64,000 bases of DNA from Amoebidium appalachense (taxonomy: Eukaryota > Protista > Ichthyosporea): the NCBI GenBank assembly GCA_963693365.1, contig CAVNZM010000011.1:3821835-3885834 (forward strand). Reading direction: 5' to 3'. This document shows, one piece after another, positions 1 to 13,279 of this stretch. The stretch's first letter is position 1. Each line of letters begins with the position of its first letter. The position numbers and the translations under genes are program-made. The notes beneath the pieces are model-generated. The model had not been told where the DNA came from. It did not search any database and saw nothing but the letters and a program-made list of their open reading frames with translations.

Positions 1-104
1 ATGGAAATGGTTATCTTGCTAATTTAAAAGAGCTGTACATAATCCCAGAGATGGCTAGGCTGTGTTGACCATGTTGGTGTTAACCTCTTAATTTGTGTGT
101 GTGT

Positions 105-146
<42 letters not shown>

Positions 147-490
147 CTAAGACAACAGATGGAGAGAAAGGTTCGGGAATCGGAGAGGAAGAGGGAGGGA
201 AAGGGCGACAGGGAAAGAGCGAAAGAGAAAGAGAGGGGCACGGGGGGAGGGGGAGAGGGGGGACAGCAAAAATGGAGGGGAGGGAGGGGGGGGGGGGTTA
301 CTAACATAATTACACTACCGCCTATTTCAACAAGGCAAAGAAAGGGAGAGGGGAGTAGCATGCCAGGTGGTTGGTTGGGGTCGAGTTGTAAAAAAAGGGA
401 GGGAAGACACATATGGCATCCGGATATAGTAGGTGAGTGGACGGGAAGGAGGGAAGCATCTAGAGATACAGATTGGATAGAGAGCCTCGG

Positions 491-534
<44 letters not shown>

Positions 535-1431
535 AGGGAGGGGGGCACATTTGTCATAAGGAGAACGAACATGGACCATGGTTGGTATGAATTAAGAAAT
601 AACGAGGGGGATAAGTGTCTAAGAGCAGAGCAGGGTTGGGTGAGGAGGCAAATCCCGGTTCAAATGATCAAGGGAAGGGGGGGGGGGGGGGGGGGAGGCA
701 AGGGGTGGGAGGCGAAGTGGATGGGTAGCGAGAAGGTGTGGGGAAGGGGGGCAGCGAAGGGGGGAGAGGTGGCATGCGAATGCCAGAAGTGGGGAAAGCA
801 AAGGGACGTCGAAAAGGCTTGGGATGAGCATTGGTGTGCACCTGCAAGCGGGAGAGGGAGGGGGGGGGGGGGGGGCGGGATGAGGAGGGGAGTGCGGGGG
901 GGGGGGGCTGACTTCACTCTTTAGAAGGTGGTCTGTATAGTTGGTGTGAGAGCGAGGTAAGAGGGGGCAGATGGGGGCTGGTACAAGGGAAGGGGAGGGT
1001 CAAACCGTGTTACACAGAACGAAGTATGATTGTTCAAAACGGGGAGCATTAAGTAGGCATGCGAATATGAACACACAGGAGTATGCGACAGATCTAGATT
1101 GCCCCGTCCTAGGGTAGGGTGGAGGAGGGGGCAGGAAGGGAGGGATTGGAGCGGGTATAATTAGAAAGAACATGATATGACATCAAATGGATTACTCTCA
1201 CATGTGCTACTTAGAGGACAACTGCATGCTAATGGTATGTGTCGCTACAGCCACACCTGCGGGGCAACAGCCCTTATTTGAGGTTTGTGTGTGTGTGTGT
1301 GTGTGTGGGGAGGGGGGGAGGGGGGGGGGGGGAGGGGGGGAGTTGTTGTTGTTGTTGCTTTTTAGGGTAGGCAGACCATCCTAAACGTTGGCCTCCCCGC
1401 CCTCCCCCCTTCCCCCCCCCCCCCCCCTTTC

Positions 1432-1462
<31 letters not shown>

Positions 1463-3428
1463 GGAGGGGGGGATCGTGACCCTGATGTCGAGTTCCACAC
1501 CACTGGCTCGTTAAGTGCAAGAACCAACTGTCAGATGCATATGCATTGATTGATTGAAGAATGGTGGTTGGAAGCTGGAGAAAGCCACAGCACGTCCAAG
1601 TATGCCACGTGTGGCTAACCCATCGATAGCTGCATCGTGGAATGGTTGGGCTGGAAAAGACTTAAGGCCAGATCATGGGAGGGAAAAAAAAAAGAAGCCG
1701 AATCTTATGGGTGGATGGGTGGATGGGGAGGGGGGAGGGGGAGGGGGAGTGAGGGGTTCTTTCTCATGGTAGTTTTTATTAAGTGTTGGTCCTTCCAAGA
1801 CAGTACTGTACTGAAGCATCACGAACCAAGGACAGACGGGTGAGGAACAGGAACGAACAAGTGCAGGAAGAGACGCCGGAGGTCGGACAGAGAAAGAGAG
1901 AAGGGGAGAGGGGAAGGGACTCGGAGAGAGATGGGGGGAGGGGGGAGGAGGGAGAAAAAATAGGCTCGAGAGAGAGAAAAAAGCAGCATGGTTTCTCTGC
2001 TGTATTCCATGAGTTCAAGTGTGCTTCTCCTCTCCTTCTCACTCCTACCCCGTGTGCTGTATGTACTTCGTAACTCTTGTTCACCAAACTTTACCCCCCC
2101 CCCCCCCCCCCCACCCTCCACCCGCCATCTAACCGTGAACAGCGGTTAAGCACAACAAATAGTTGTGGTGAGTTTTGCACACAGGAATGACAAAAAAAAA
2201 GTACCGGCCGCAAAGCGATGGAGCAAGGTGCCCGGCAGGAAGCAAGCAACTCCGAAACCAATGACACAAAGGAAAGGAACGAAGAGTTACGCATCTCACA
2301 GGTAACTGGGTTCGGCCTGCCGGTTGCAACACGCCGGCCCGATCCACTTAACAGTGTGGAAAAATCAATGACCGGTCTACTCAGTCTCCCGATTATTTCT
2401 CCACTTATGTGCCGTGCAGTGCTAACCCTGTGTGTCTCTAGATCTGCAACCCCGCCGCATAACTCAAGAAACTTGTCAAAATGTTAGGGGTTGTGAAACT
2501 GTTACAACGGTTGAGACCTCCTTTCCCGCGCTTTTAGAGTTTTACTAGCGGAGACAGGCGTGATGGCTAAGCAATTTTCAAGACCATTTTCTCGTTGGTC
2601 TTAAGTGATGGCTTTTTTTTGCTTTTTGGCTGATCGCCATGATGCAGTGTGATGATTTCAGACAACAAGCTTTAGCCAGTCCCATGTTGAGCTTCTTTTC
2701 TCAAGATTTCTGTTTATTTTTCGTGAGTGAGTGGACTGTCACACCCTGAGTGTGCCCATTAATACCGATGTACGATACTATAGGCGTTATATATTCCCAC
2801 TGTTGCAGAGACTATATTAGCTTGAAAGATGGTGAACTCCAAAAACTTCTTCAACACACACTGAGTCAGGCTGTGTGTTCAAAAATGCACCCAGGAGCAT
2901 TTGATTGGCTGTCTTGCGCGCCAGATTTTCCGATATACCAAATATGGCGAACCGACATCCTTTAGCGACCGGGCCCGATCATTGGTTTGACCTGGAACTC
3001 CGGGTCGACTCGAAAGAACCGTTATGTAGTCTGCCTTCGATGGTTTTCTAGAATGGCGTGCACTGCCAACCGAAAGTTCTGCCACAACATTCTAATAAAC
3101 AGATTCTTCTAAGTAAGAAAAAAGTAAAAAAATGTCGAGGGAAAAAATACTATAAATGAATACTTTTTTGTAGAAAAGTTGTCAGGTTCGGACAAGGATA
3201 ATTGTAGAATACCAAGGTGGCTACTTGAGTTTTTGCGCTGGCATTCATCCCAATAAGGAAGTTATAAACTTTCTAATCGAATCAACTTCGTTTACTAAAT
3301 TTAAAAGTTCATTAGAAAGGACCCGGCACGCACGCCCCGCTGCCACCCACCCTTTTCTCTGTGTGCGTGCGAGCTGTCTGTGTGGACAACAAGAAGGAAA
3401 CGTTTCGCTTGTGTTTACAACCGAAAAA

Positions 3429-5740
3429 ATGATCGCTGTAAGTGTCTTTACTAAGCTAGTGAGAAAAAAAAAATACAGGGCGTAAGAAGTTGTAGCTGTA
3501 AGGCTTTGGTTTTAACATGCTCCTTTTTTGAGCGGGTGTAAAGTGGAATCAACAGAACAAGAACATGCATAGGCTTCACCCTGTTTAGGATGTCACTTGC
3601 CACTCATTTTCCTGTCTATCTCTCCACGCGCCTTTTACAATGTCAGATGCCACGAAAATATTCTGAAGAATTAAAGCTGGATGAGTTCACACGGCCTACT
3701 TCTCTGTGTAGGAAAGAAACGTGTAGCAGCAAAAACAGGAGCCTTTACAGACCAAGCACGCACTCATATAAGCACGGAAGTTGAGGGCACGGCAAACTGT
3801 ATAGACGCGTGTAGTTCACGCACATCCGTGATTGCGCAGTCGATCACGTGAAGGTGGAACGTAGGTGTGAAGTATAGAACATGGTCTTTGGGCATGCTCT
3901 CACACGGGTTGTTCCCGCTTATGGGCAATATGCTTACCATTCCCTTTCCCTTACCCCCCCACCCCCCTCCGCCCTTTCCCTCTCCCTCTGCCGCCCTCCC
4001 CCCTTCCCTCGCCTCCTCCCCCTGTCTGTTTCTCCCGCAGCAAGCAGCAGTTCGTTTCCAGGCCCTGGTTGTCCCTGCGCGGTCCATCCACGTAAGTGTT
4101 CGGTGTGTTTGGTTGTGGCTGGGTGTGGGCACTTTTCGAGGGTGTGCCTGTGCCTATGCCTGTGCACATGCTTTGTACGTGTACGTTGACAGGTATCGAC
4201 TCAGTGTCTTTTCCCTGTGTGTGTGTGTTGGGTGGTGAAAGGGGGGGGGGAGGGGAGGGGAGGAAGCTCTGGTTGTGACGGCATGTGTTGAAGCAGGGTA
4301 ACACGTACATAGGACAAAGTGGGATGCTTTTGTGTGCAAGTCATTGGCTCGATAATGTGTGCAAGGCATCTGCCCTCTTTTTTTTTTAACTACCCTGAGT
4401 ATACCTGCTTGGGGAACACTCACATTTTTATGTACGATCTGTTTTTCTGTGCAGTGAAGTTTACAAATTCCTCCTGCCCTAATTTCATGTAACATGTCTT
4501 TCATAGAGCTTGGTACTCCTGTCCGTTCTTGCCTTTTTAGTCGTGTGTTTGGCCTGTGTCGGTGTTCACGATTGTGCTGATGTGTGCATTCGCCATAGCT
4601 TCTGCTGAGACGTTCTCTATACTCTTCTTCGATAGAAGACCCCACCTTTTTCTCGCTTTTTTTGGCAAGTTCTGTGTGCCCCTTCCAAAGGTTTTCTCGT
4701 GGGTCACTATGTTTTCTTCGATTTTACATTTTGTGGTGTATGTCCATCTATGCCTTTAATTGTCCGTCATGAATGTGTATCTCATACCACATGAGTGTGT
4801 ATCTCATACCATACAACACATATTTAACCCTCACCCCTTCTCTCTTTCTCCGTCTTCTCGCCCCCTCCCCCCCCCCCCCCCTGGGTCCTCCCTGAGGATG
4901 GGCTCTGTTTATGACGCGTACTGTGCACACGGCTGATGTTGCATACTTGAATGTTTGCCTTTGCATGTGTCCTGCACCATACTTCTCGTCGTGTATGCGT
5001 ACTTCGTACCGTGTTTCGCATCCCCCCCCCCCCCCCCCCCCCCCCCTTCCTCTCTTATAACACACACACATGCACACCATTTCTGTACGTGGTGGGACTG
5101 TGCATACAACAAAGGGTATCTGTTGTGTTTACTATAGGATGGTAACATAAACTCCGGTTTCCCCACAAACATGCACTTCTTCCCGTCATCCCGCCAGGCA
5201 TTCTACGTGCTGTACCTTTATCTGCCTTGTGCTCGTGTCTTGACCATCGAACCCCCCTCCACACACACACACACACCGACTCCCCATTCCATCCCGGCTT
5301 TCTGTTAGCGTCCTTGTAATATGAACCACTTTGTTTGTGGATTTCTGCACTGTTTTTGCGGTTGTGATGGTTTTGTTTAAGGTACCCTCCTCTCCCTTCC
5401 CCTTTGTCCCACACACGCACTCGCACGCGCACCCCCCCCCCCCCCCCACACACACATCCCTCCCCCCCTCCCCCCCTTGATGCTTGAGTTGCCCACACTT
5501 TTCTTGGCCCCACCGGTTTTTTTGTGCTGACGCTGTGGATGCACGTGCAGGTGCGGAGGGTTCTGAGCAAGACCAAGCGTGTGGGCTACGCCACGCTCGA
5601 GTGGACACAGAACTTCCCCCCCGAGGTGCACACCTTTGCCCAGATGCCCTACATCGCTGCCCGCCACTTCAAGAACCCCAACGTTGAGGTATTGGAACCC
5701 TCCCCTCGCTCCGCGCCCCCCTCCCCCTCTCCTTTCTCCT

Positions 5741-5774
<34 letters not shown>

Positions 5775-6116
5775 GCCCTTTTTTCTCTCTCTCCCTGTCT
5801 CTCTCCCCACACTCCCTCCATGCACCTCATCATGCTACGGCATTGTTTTCATTGGCGTTTAGTTTTGCACTTTCCGCTCCCTCCCTCTCTGCGTTTGCAC
5901 ATGGCACGTATTGCTGTTGGTTTTCTTTCCGTGTGGATGTATTTATATGGTTGTCCTGTTGTGTTTCATTGATATTACTACTGCAATGCTGTCTTTGCTG
6001 GATGTCCAGAGGTTTGTTTGAAAACTGTTCTTTTAACCAGACAAGTTGGTACCACATTAACACCTCCACTTGTCCTCTTACTCTCCATGCACATGGGCAT
6101 CTATTGCATTCATGTG

Positions 6117-6182
<66 letters not shown>

Positions 6183-6236
6183 CACAAAGCGGCCGAGTTC
6201 CTGCCCCCCACCAAGCGCGCCTTCTTCCCCAAGTAA
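3429..6236 (+). CDS. cox1-c: Nucleus-encoded Cox1 C-terminal fragment (Cox1-c)-like protein, 4 exons (3429-3437, 4041-4091, 5551-5688, 6183-6236), 83 aa
   Basis: GT..AG introns (gtaagt, gtaagt, gtattg donors), all phase 0. The exons join to MIAQAAVRFQALVVPARSIHVRRVLSKTKRVGYATLEWTQNFPPEVHTFAQMPYIAARHFKNPNVEHKAAEFLPPTKRAFFPK*. The N-terminus is Arg-rich and acid-free (presequence-like). TLEWxxxxPPxxHTFxxxP matches the conserved Cox1 C-tail motif. Extra small exons cannot be excluded. Confidence 0.72.
4881..5021. repeat. Dispersed ~140-bp repeat, copy A (intronic)
   Basis: Near-identical inverted copy at ~19503-19643 and a diverged copy at ~6580-6690. Confidence 0.8.
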
Positions 6237-6387
6237 ACGCTTGGTGCCTACTATATGCACGAGTATGTGTCAGCTGTAAGGCGGGGTTCGCCCGGGTGGG
6301 CTAATAAATACGTTTCTGATCCCGCGAGGTCGGGAATTGAATGCAGAGTTATCATGGTACTTAAGTTTGACAGCCCGCCGCCCCCCT

Positions 6388-6427
<40 letters not shown>

Positions 6428-6579
6428 ACACACACACACATACATACACACACAAATCTGGGGGCCTTTCAGAAGAGTGGGCACTGCCTATAGTGATCGA
6501 TGGTTGTGTATGCTTTCAGATTTGCCATTGTGTTGTCCGTAATGAATGTGAACATTGTACTGGGTTTCTTGTACTAGCT

Positions 6580-6690
6580 CCCCTGATGATGGGTTCTGCT
6601 TTGCGGTTCTGCTTACCTTGCACTATAGGCTGTTCACCGCTGATGTTGCATATTTGAATATTTGCCTTTTGCATGTGTTTTGCACTATTA
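6580..6690. repeat. Dispersed ~140-bp repeat, diverged copy B
   Basis: cctgatgatgggttctg...gctgatgttgcatatttgaatatttgccttttgcatgtg aligns with 4890-4975. Confidence 0.6.
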
Positions 6691-6973
6691 ATATTATCAT
6701 TGTTTATTTCTCAAACCTAGCGGTTGCGCAAATGTAAAATTTAACGCACGAAAAGGGCAGCTCTCATGCTACAAAAATACTTGACATGTATGTAATACAC
6801 TGCAAGAAAACAGGCTTGTGCACAACTTTGCATGGTGTGTGTGACGTGTGGTGATGGTGATGGTGGTTCTGTAGACAGCCATAATGTGATGGTGTTGTGT
6901 GCGTACGTACATGCATATGTGGTGGTAGTGGTGTGTGGGCGAATGGGCTTGGGTGGGGAACTTCCTCCAGGAA

Positions 6974-7033
<60 letters not shown>

Positions 7034-7464
7034 CTTGAAGCGCCGTCACTTGGATTATGTTGCTACCGAGCCAGGCTATCAGTGTCCGCCACCCCATAGC
7101 TGGGAAATATATGTCAGTATATGGGCATAACTCAGTCGGGCCAAAAAAAAAAGGGGCAAAAAAAAAAAAAAGATCGATGATTCCGTGTGATCAGGGACCG
7201 TGGAGAGGCCTACATAGGGCCATACGTGTCTCCGTACGTGGGGGGTCTGAGATCTGATATCGCCATTCGCCGGCCGGCTGTCACAGCAACACCTCAGTCA
7301 GTCAGTAACAGTAGCAGCTTCAGTTAGCCGCACCGTCGACCAGGATCCCCCAAAACTTTCCATCAGGTGTACAGTATGCATGTGTACGGTGTCTTTCTTT
7401 TTTTTTCTTTTTTTCTTTTGACTGGATTTATTCGACGGAAAGATATGCAAGTATGCACGGCATA

Positions 7465-9073
<1,609 letters not shown>

Positions 9074-9627
9074 TACTGAGAAGACAATAAAAACTTCACG
9101 AGTTAGCCAGTAACAAGTGCATACTGAGATACCTGAACACTCAGTCTGTGTGAAAATCATATAAATACTCAATGTGACGACCAACAGAATTCAACAAGAA
9201 GTCTAAAGTGTTCACATTGCAGACACCCGTAGGGAAAGAGGTAATAAAACTCACACCTATCAACATGCTTGCGATTAAAAAGTTCAGCACAAAAGTGGCA
9301 CCAGCGGCGATGAAAACAAGAATTACAACGCCACTGCACAACTTCCCAGGCAATATCAACATCAGAGCACCATACAGACTTATCTACTAGGGTAGTATCC
9401 ATACGTACAGCGGGAGATTCTGAAATGTATCCTGCCAAAGCTCCCAAAAAGCGATAATGATCAGTAGTCGGTGTTGCCTAAGGAACATAACACATGCCGA
9501 CTGAGTTTTACCTTTGATTTCTCTATCAGAACGAGAAAGAAACTTATACTGTGTATGGTAATAACGCGAAAAGGCAGAAAAAACAGGAAAAGAAAAGAAA
9601 GAGGGAGTGAGATAGCGAGAGGAAGAA

Positions 9628-10700
9628 TCAGGTTGAAAAGAGGGTAGTAGGCTGAGGACATTCAGAAGTAGCGTTGGTGAATCGGGGGGGAAGAGGGATG
9701 GAGGGGGGGGGGGGAAAGAAAGCATAAAGAGGGTGACCATCAGGTATCCTAACTAAATGAAAACAAAAACGAAGAGACAATTCCTCCATACGACAAACAG
9801 CAGACGACAATCCAAACATACTGATTAAGGGAGGCACAAACCGAGTACGAAACAAAGCGCGCAGCGCAGTACCCTGAAAATCGTCGAACTCTTTCAGAGC
9901 CACGGCCGCCTCGCGAGGTGGGGCGCAGGCCAATAGCGGAAGTCCATATTTGAAAGTCGGCCGTAAAAAAGTTTTATAGTAGAGAAGAAGGTTCGCAGGA
10001 TGGATCACAGACTCCCGTTGAAACATATTTGACACGATGTGAAGCTTACCCTTCGCACGAGCGATCCGTGCCGTGAGGAGCTTGCGGAAATCAATACCCC
10101 GTGCAGTAAAGGGAATACCCAAATAGTCATAGGTGCTCTGAACAGGAATAGGAAGACCGGCCAATCGAAAGGAAGCGTTTGTCGAAAAAGTAGCACACTT
10201 TGCAATTCCGACTGTCATGAGATTCTCGGTGCACCATTGATCCACCTGACAAAGCATCTGGTGCATGACATCTTCGGTTAAGGAACAAAGAACAATATTG
10301 TCCGCAAAAAGGAGACCCGGTACACGGCGGGTATGCAGTTGGCCAAAGGGTTCGAGGGCGCAGGCTAAATCGTCAATGAAAACGTCAAACAACAACGGAC
10401 TCAGGAGGTACCCCTGCAGAAGACCCCGAGGGAACGGGAAAAACCGGGTGTTCATGTTCCATTGACCGCCGCTCGTCCGCGAGTGGTATCGAACAACGCT
10501 TGCAGAAGACGGCCAAAGGGGGCTGGTAAGCCCCGCATAGCCAGCTTATGCCATAACCAACCAGTGGGTACGGTGTCGTAGGCGTTCTTAAGGTCGATGA
10601 AGACAACGTGTGGAGAGCCAGAAGCCTTAGTAATGGATTCATGGAGTAACAGGCTGTGAGTATAACACGAATAGGCATGACGAAAGCCCCCTTGAAGGGA
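9628..10700 (-). mobile_element. 5'-truncated, decayed non-LTR (LINE) retrotransposon reverse transcriptase
   Basis: RT motifs QGGFR, VFIDLKNAYDTV, RGLLQGYLLSPLLFDVFIDDL, LFADN (catalytic DD mutated), YDYLGI, YKTFLRP; frameshift near 10455. Confidence 0.9.
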
Positions 10701-11881
10701 AAAAAGACGGAACACGGTGTCTTTCTTTTGACTCGGTTTTACTAAGTTGCTCCGTTGATGAAGGCAACCGTTACGTGCAGCCACAGGGCTACATACCCAC
10801 CAATAGAACTGAAAAAGCCAAACGGTGTCTTCTTATAATGACTTAATTGATATGCTCAGCAAAATAGAAGCCATCGAGATATCACCGATATCTCGGAGAA
10901 GAAAATACAAAAGCCCTCACTCTCGGATACGGAGGAGATAACGACTTAAATAATCATACTGTTGTAATACGTAGTATTTACATATGGTAAGATCTTCTCA
11001 GTTTGTGTTATGTTTCAGTTCATATGCTTAGTGTATATGCTGTTATGTCTCCGCGGCGAGCATTCGTGTCAATCGATCGATTCAGATCTATTCAGATCTA
11101 TTTGCTTTGTTTACATTTCGTCGGTGCCGGCTCATCCAGTCAGATGTCGGCGTTTGCTGACGAATGAGCCAATCATAAATGTGATATCTGCTTTTCCAAT
11201 CGGATGATCGAATACAATTACATATGTTCGGTTACTTGGAAACGAACTACGGTGAGACTCGCGTGAGTGGACACTTATGGCCTCTTCTGTGTTGATTGGA
11301 ACACGTAAATGCTGCGGCCATAGAGAACGAATAACTAACAAGCAGGTTGTGAGTGATTGGGGAGTCTCATCTTCGACCAGTCATGTCGAGGGTATCCCGG
11401 TAAAGTCCAGCTGCAATGAGTGGTCGTTGTAAACCTGCAGTTACACATGTGAGAGAGACAGCACTCCGAAAGGTAACTGGTAACCAAAGTCACAAACAGG
11501 AAAAGTACTGGTACCTGTTTATTTGGAGTATATTTCGGGGCTGTGTAAGTCATAAGTCATGCAGCAGTAAAGATTATATATGAGTGTTAGAACCGGCAAG
11601 AGACCAAGTAGTCACACACAGTAATTACTAGCCCTGTACTAATCTGTAATATGATTGGTCGGCTAGGGAGTTGTGTGATTGGTCAAGTAATCTTGTCCGG
11701 GTCGACCATCCGTATATAAACGCACGCATCGATCTTCTGAAATCCAGTTCAGAGTGAACCCCGTTTACACTCATACACATACATTTTACACTGAAGTGTC
11801 CGTGAGGATACTTTACAAGCTACACCAATCCAATTGCTATATTGCAAAACTTCCGTCTCGGCTGTTGCTTTCGCCCCCAAC

Positions 11882-13279
11882 ATGGAGCCGGAACCCCCCT
11901 TTTCGCCGGTCGCGGGGCTGAGTGCAACCTTCGCCCAAGCTCTTGTTTTTGGCCCCCTCGGCAAGCTCAAGGATGTCACCGTCGGCAAGTTCACCCAGTG
12001 GCGCGGCCAAGTTATGGACCCGCAGGATGAAATAGACCCGGAGTTTCTCGACGCTCTGCCCCCCAGTTTGATGGAGTGGCAAGATCCCATTGTGATGGAT
12101 GAAGTGTTCTACGACGCCCCTGCGGCCAAGGCTTTTCAGGTTCCTGAAGTGTGTGCTGCGGCTGCGGCTATGATGGAGAAGCTTAAGATTCCTCAGCTCT
12201 CCAAGGCTGATAACGTGTTTGAATGGTACCGTCTCATCGATCGCATCGCCAAGCTGTCCCCCGACACTCCCCTGGCCCAGTGGCAAGTTATGATTCTGCA
12301 GAGTGTGAACCGGGCAAGTGGTGATCCTCGTGTGTTGGAGATGGCTACCCTCCTTGACGACTACATGGATCCTGAAAACGACAACAAGACGGTGCCGGTT
12401 CGTGCCCTCGGCATTGACGGCGAGGTGCGCTCGGAGGATTCTCTTCTTCACCTGGCCTCTCGGACACCACTGAAGACGACTCGCCCTATGCACAAGGGCA
12501 AGGGTGAGATTCTGCAGGTCGAAGTCGAATTGACGGCGTCTGAGTGGCTGCTGCGTTTCATCGAGAACTACTGGCTGACCAACATTCGGCGTGAATCATA
12601 TGAGACACAGATCCGGGCCCTCCGTTTCACTCCCACGTCGGATGCCACGGCTGCCAGTATTGGTGGCCAAGTGACGGCACACACCAACACGTTTCGCCGT
12701 CTGCTGGAGTTAGCTGGTTTGAACACCGACGTCAGCGGTCAAATGCAACGTAGTTTATACAGGAATACGTTTGAGGCCGATGCGCAGTTGTGGGAAATAG
12801 CTCAGGCAAATAGCAAGCTTGATGAGGCTCAGTCGAAAATTATTAACAAGCTCGAGGGTCGTTTCGCTAGTCGGCAGGCGGCCAAGAAAGCGCAGGTCAA
12901 TAGTGTTTCCACCCCAGGTAACAACGGTAGTGGTATTGGTGCTCCGGAGATTGCTGCCCTGCAGGCTCAGATAGCTAGCTTATCGGCTCAGGTGGCTGCC
13001 TTCCAGGCTGCCGGTGGTAAGGCCAAAAATGACCGTCAACCCCGTCGCCCGGCACCCTATCAGAAAAACGGCAAGCACGGTAGCCAACAGGGTAGTGAGA
13101 CACCAGTCGTGCCTATTTCAGAACGAGTTTGTTTCCATTGTACTGGGATAGGGCATCAGAAACGGGATTGTCCCAACCGAAAATTGCCTAAGACCTTTCC
13201 CTCAGCCCCCGAAGGTATTAGGTGGAAAGATCATGCTCAGCAGGCGTCGGCTAAAATTTTGGCCGAGCGTCGGCGTTGA
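11882..13279 (+). CDS. gag: Gag of a Ty3/Gypsy-like LTR retrotransposon
   Basis: Uninterrupted ~465-aa ORF with coiled coil (EIAALQAQIASLSAQVAA) and CCHC knuckle CFHCTGIGHQKRDC; TATA (tatataaa, ~11714) and ATTGG boxes upstream. Confidence 0.85.
   Translation: MEPEPPFSPVAGLSATFAQALVFGPLGKLKDVTVGKFTQWRGQVMDPQDEIDPEFLDALPPSLMEWQDPIVMDEVFYDAPAAKAFQVPEVCAAAAAMMEKLKIPQLSKADNVFEWYRLIDRIAKLSPDTPLAQWQVMILQSVNRASGDPRVLEMATLLDDYMDPENDNKTVPVRALGIDGEVRSEDSLLHLASRTPLKTTRPMHKGKGEILQVEVELTASEWLLRFIENYWLTNIRRESYETQIRALRFTPTSDATAASIGGQVTAHTNTFRRLLELAGLNTDVSGQMQRSLYRNTFEADAQLWEIAQANSKLDEAQSKIINKLEGRFASRQAAKKAQVNSVSTPGNNGSGIGAPEIAALQAQIASLSAQVAAFQAAGGKAKNDRQPRRPAPYQKNGKHGSQQGSETPVVPISERVCFHCTGIGHQKRDCPNRKLPKTFPSAPEGIRWKDHAQQASAKILAERRR

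Noticed and set aside
700-3100. Possible minus-strand multi-exon gene divergent from cox1-c (acceptor-like sites near 843, 1256, 1537)
   Set aside because: Could not assemble a consistent reading frame or recognise a product
10963-11222. Possible solo LTR (tgtaat...attaca, 260 bp) upstream of gag
   Set aside because: Flanks actgt/tatgt do not form a clean TSD, there is no second copy and no PBS was recognised
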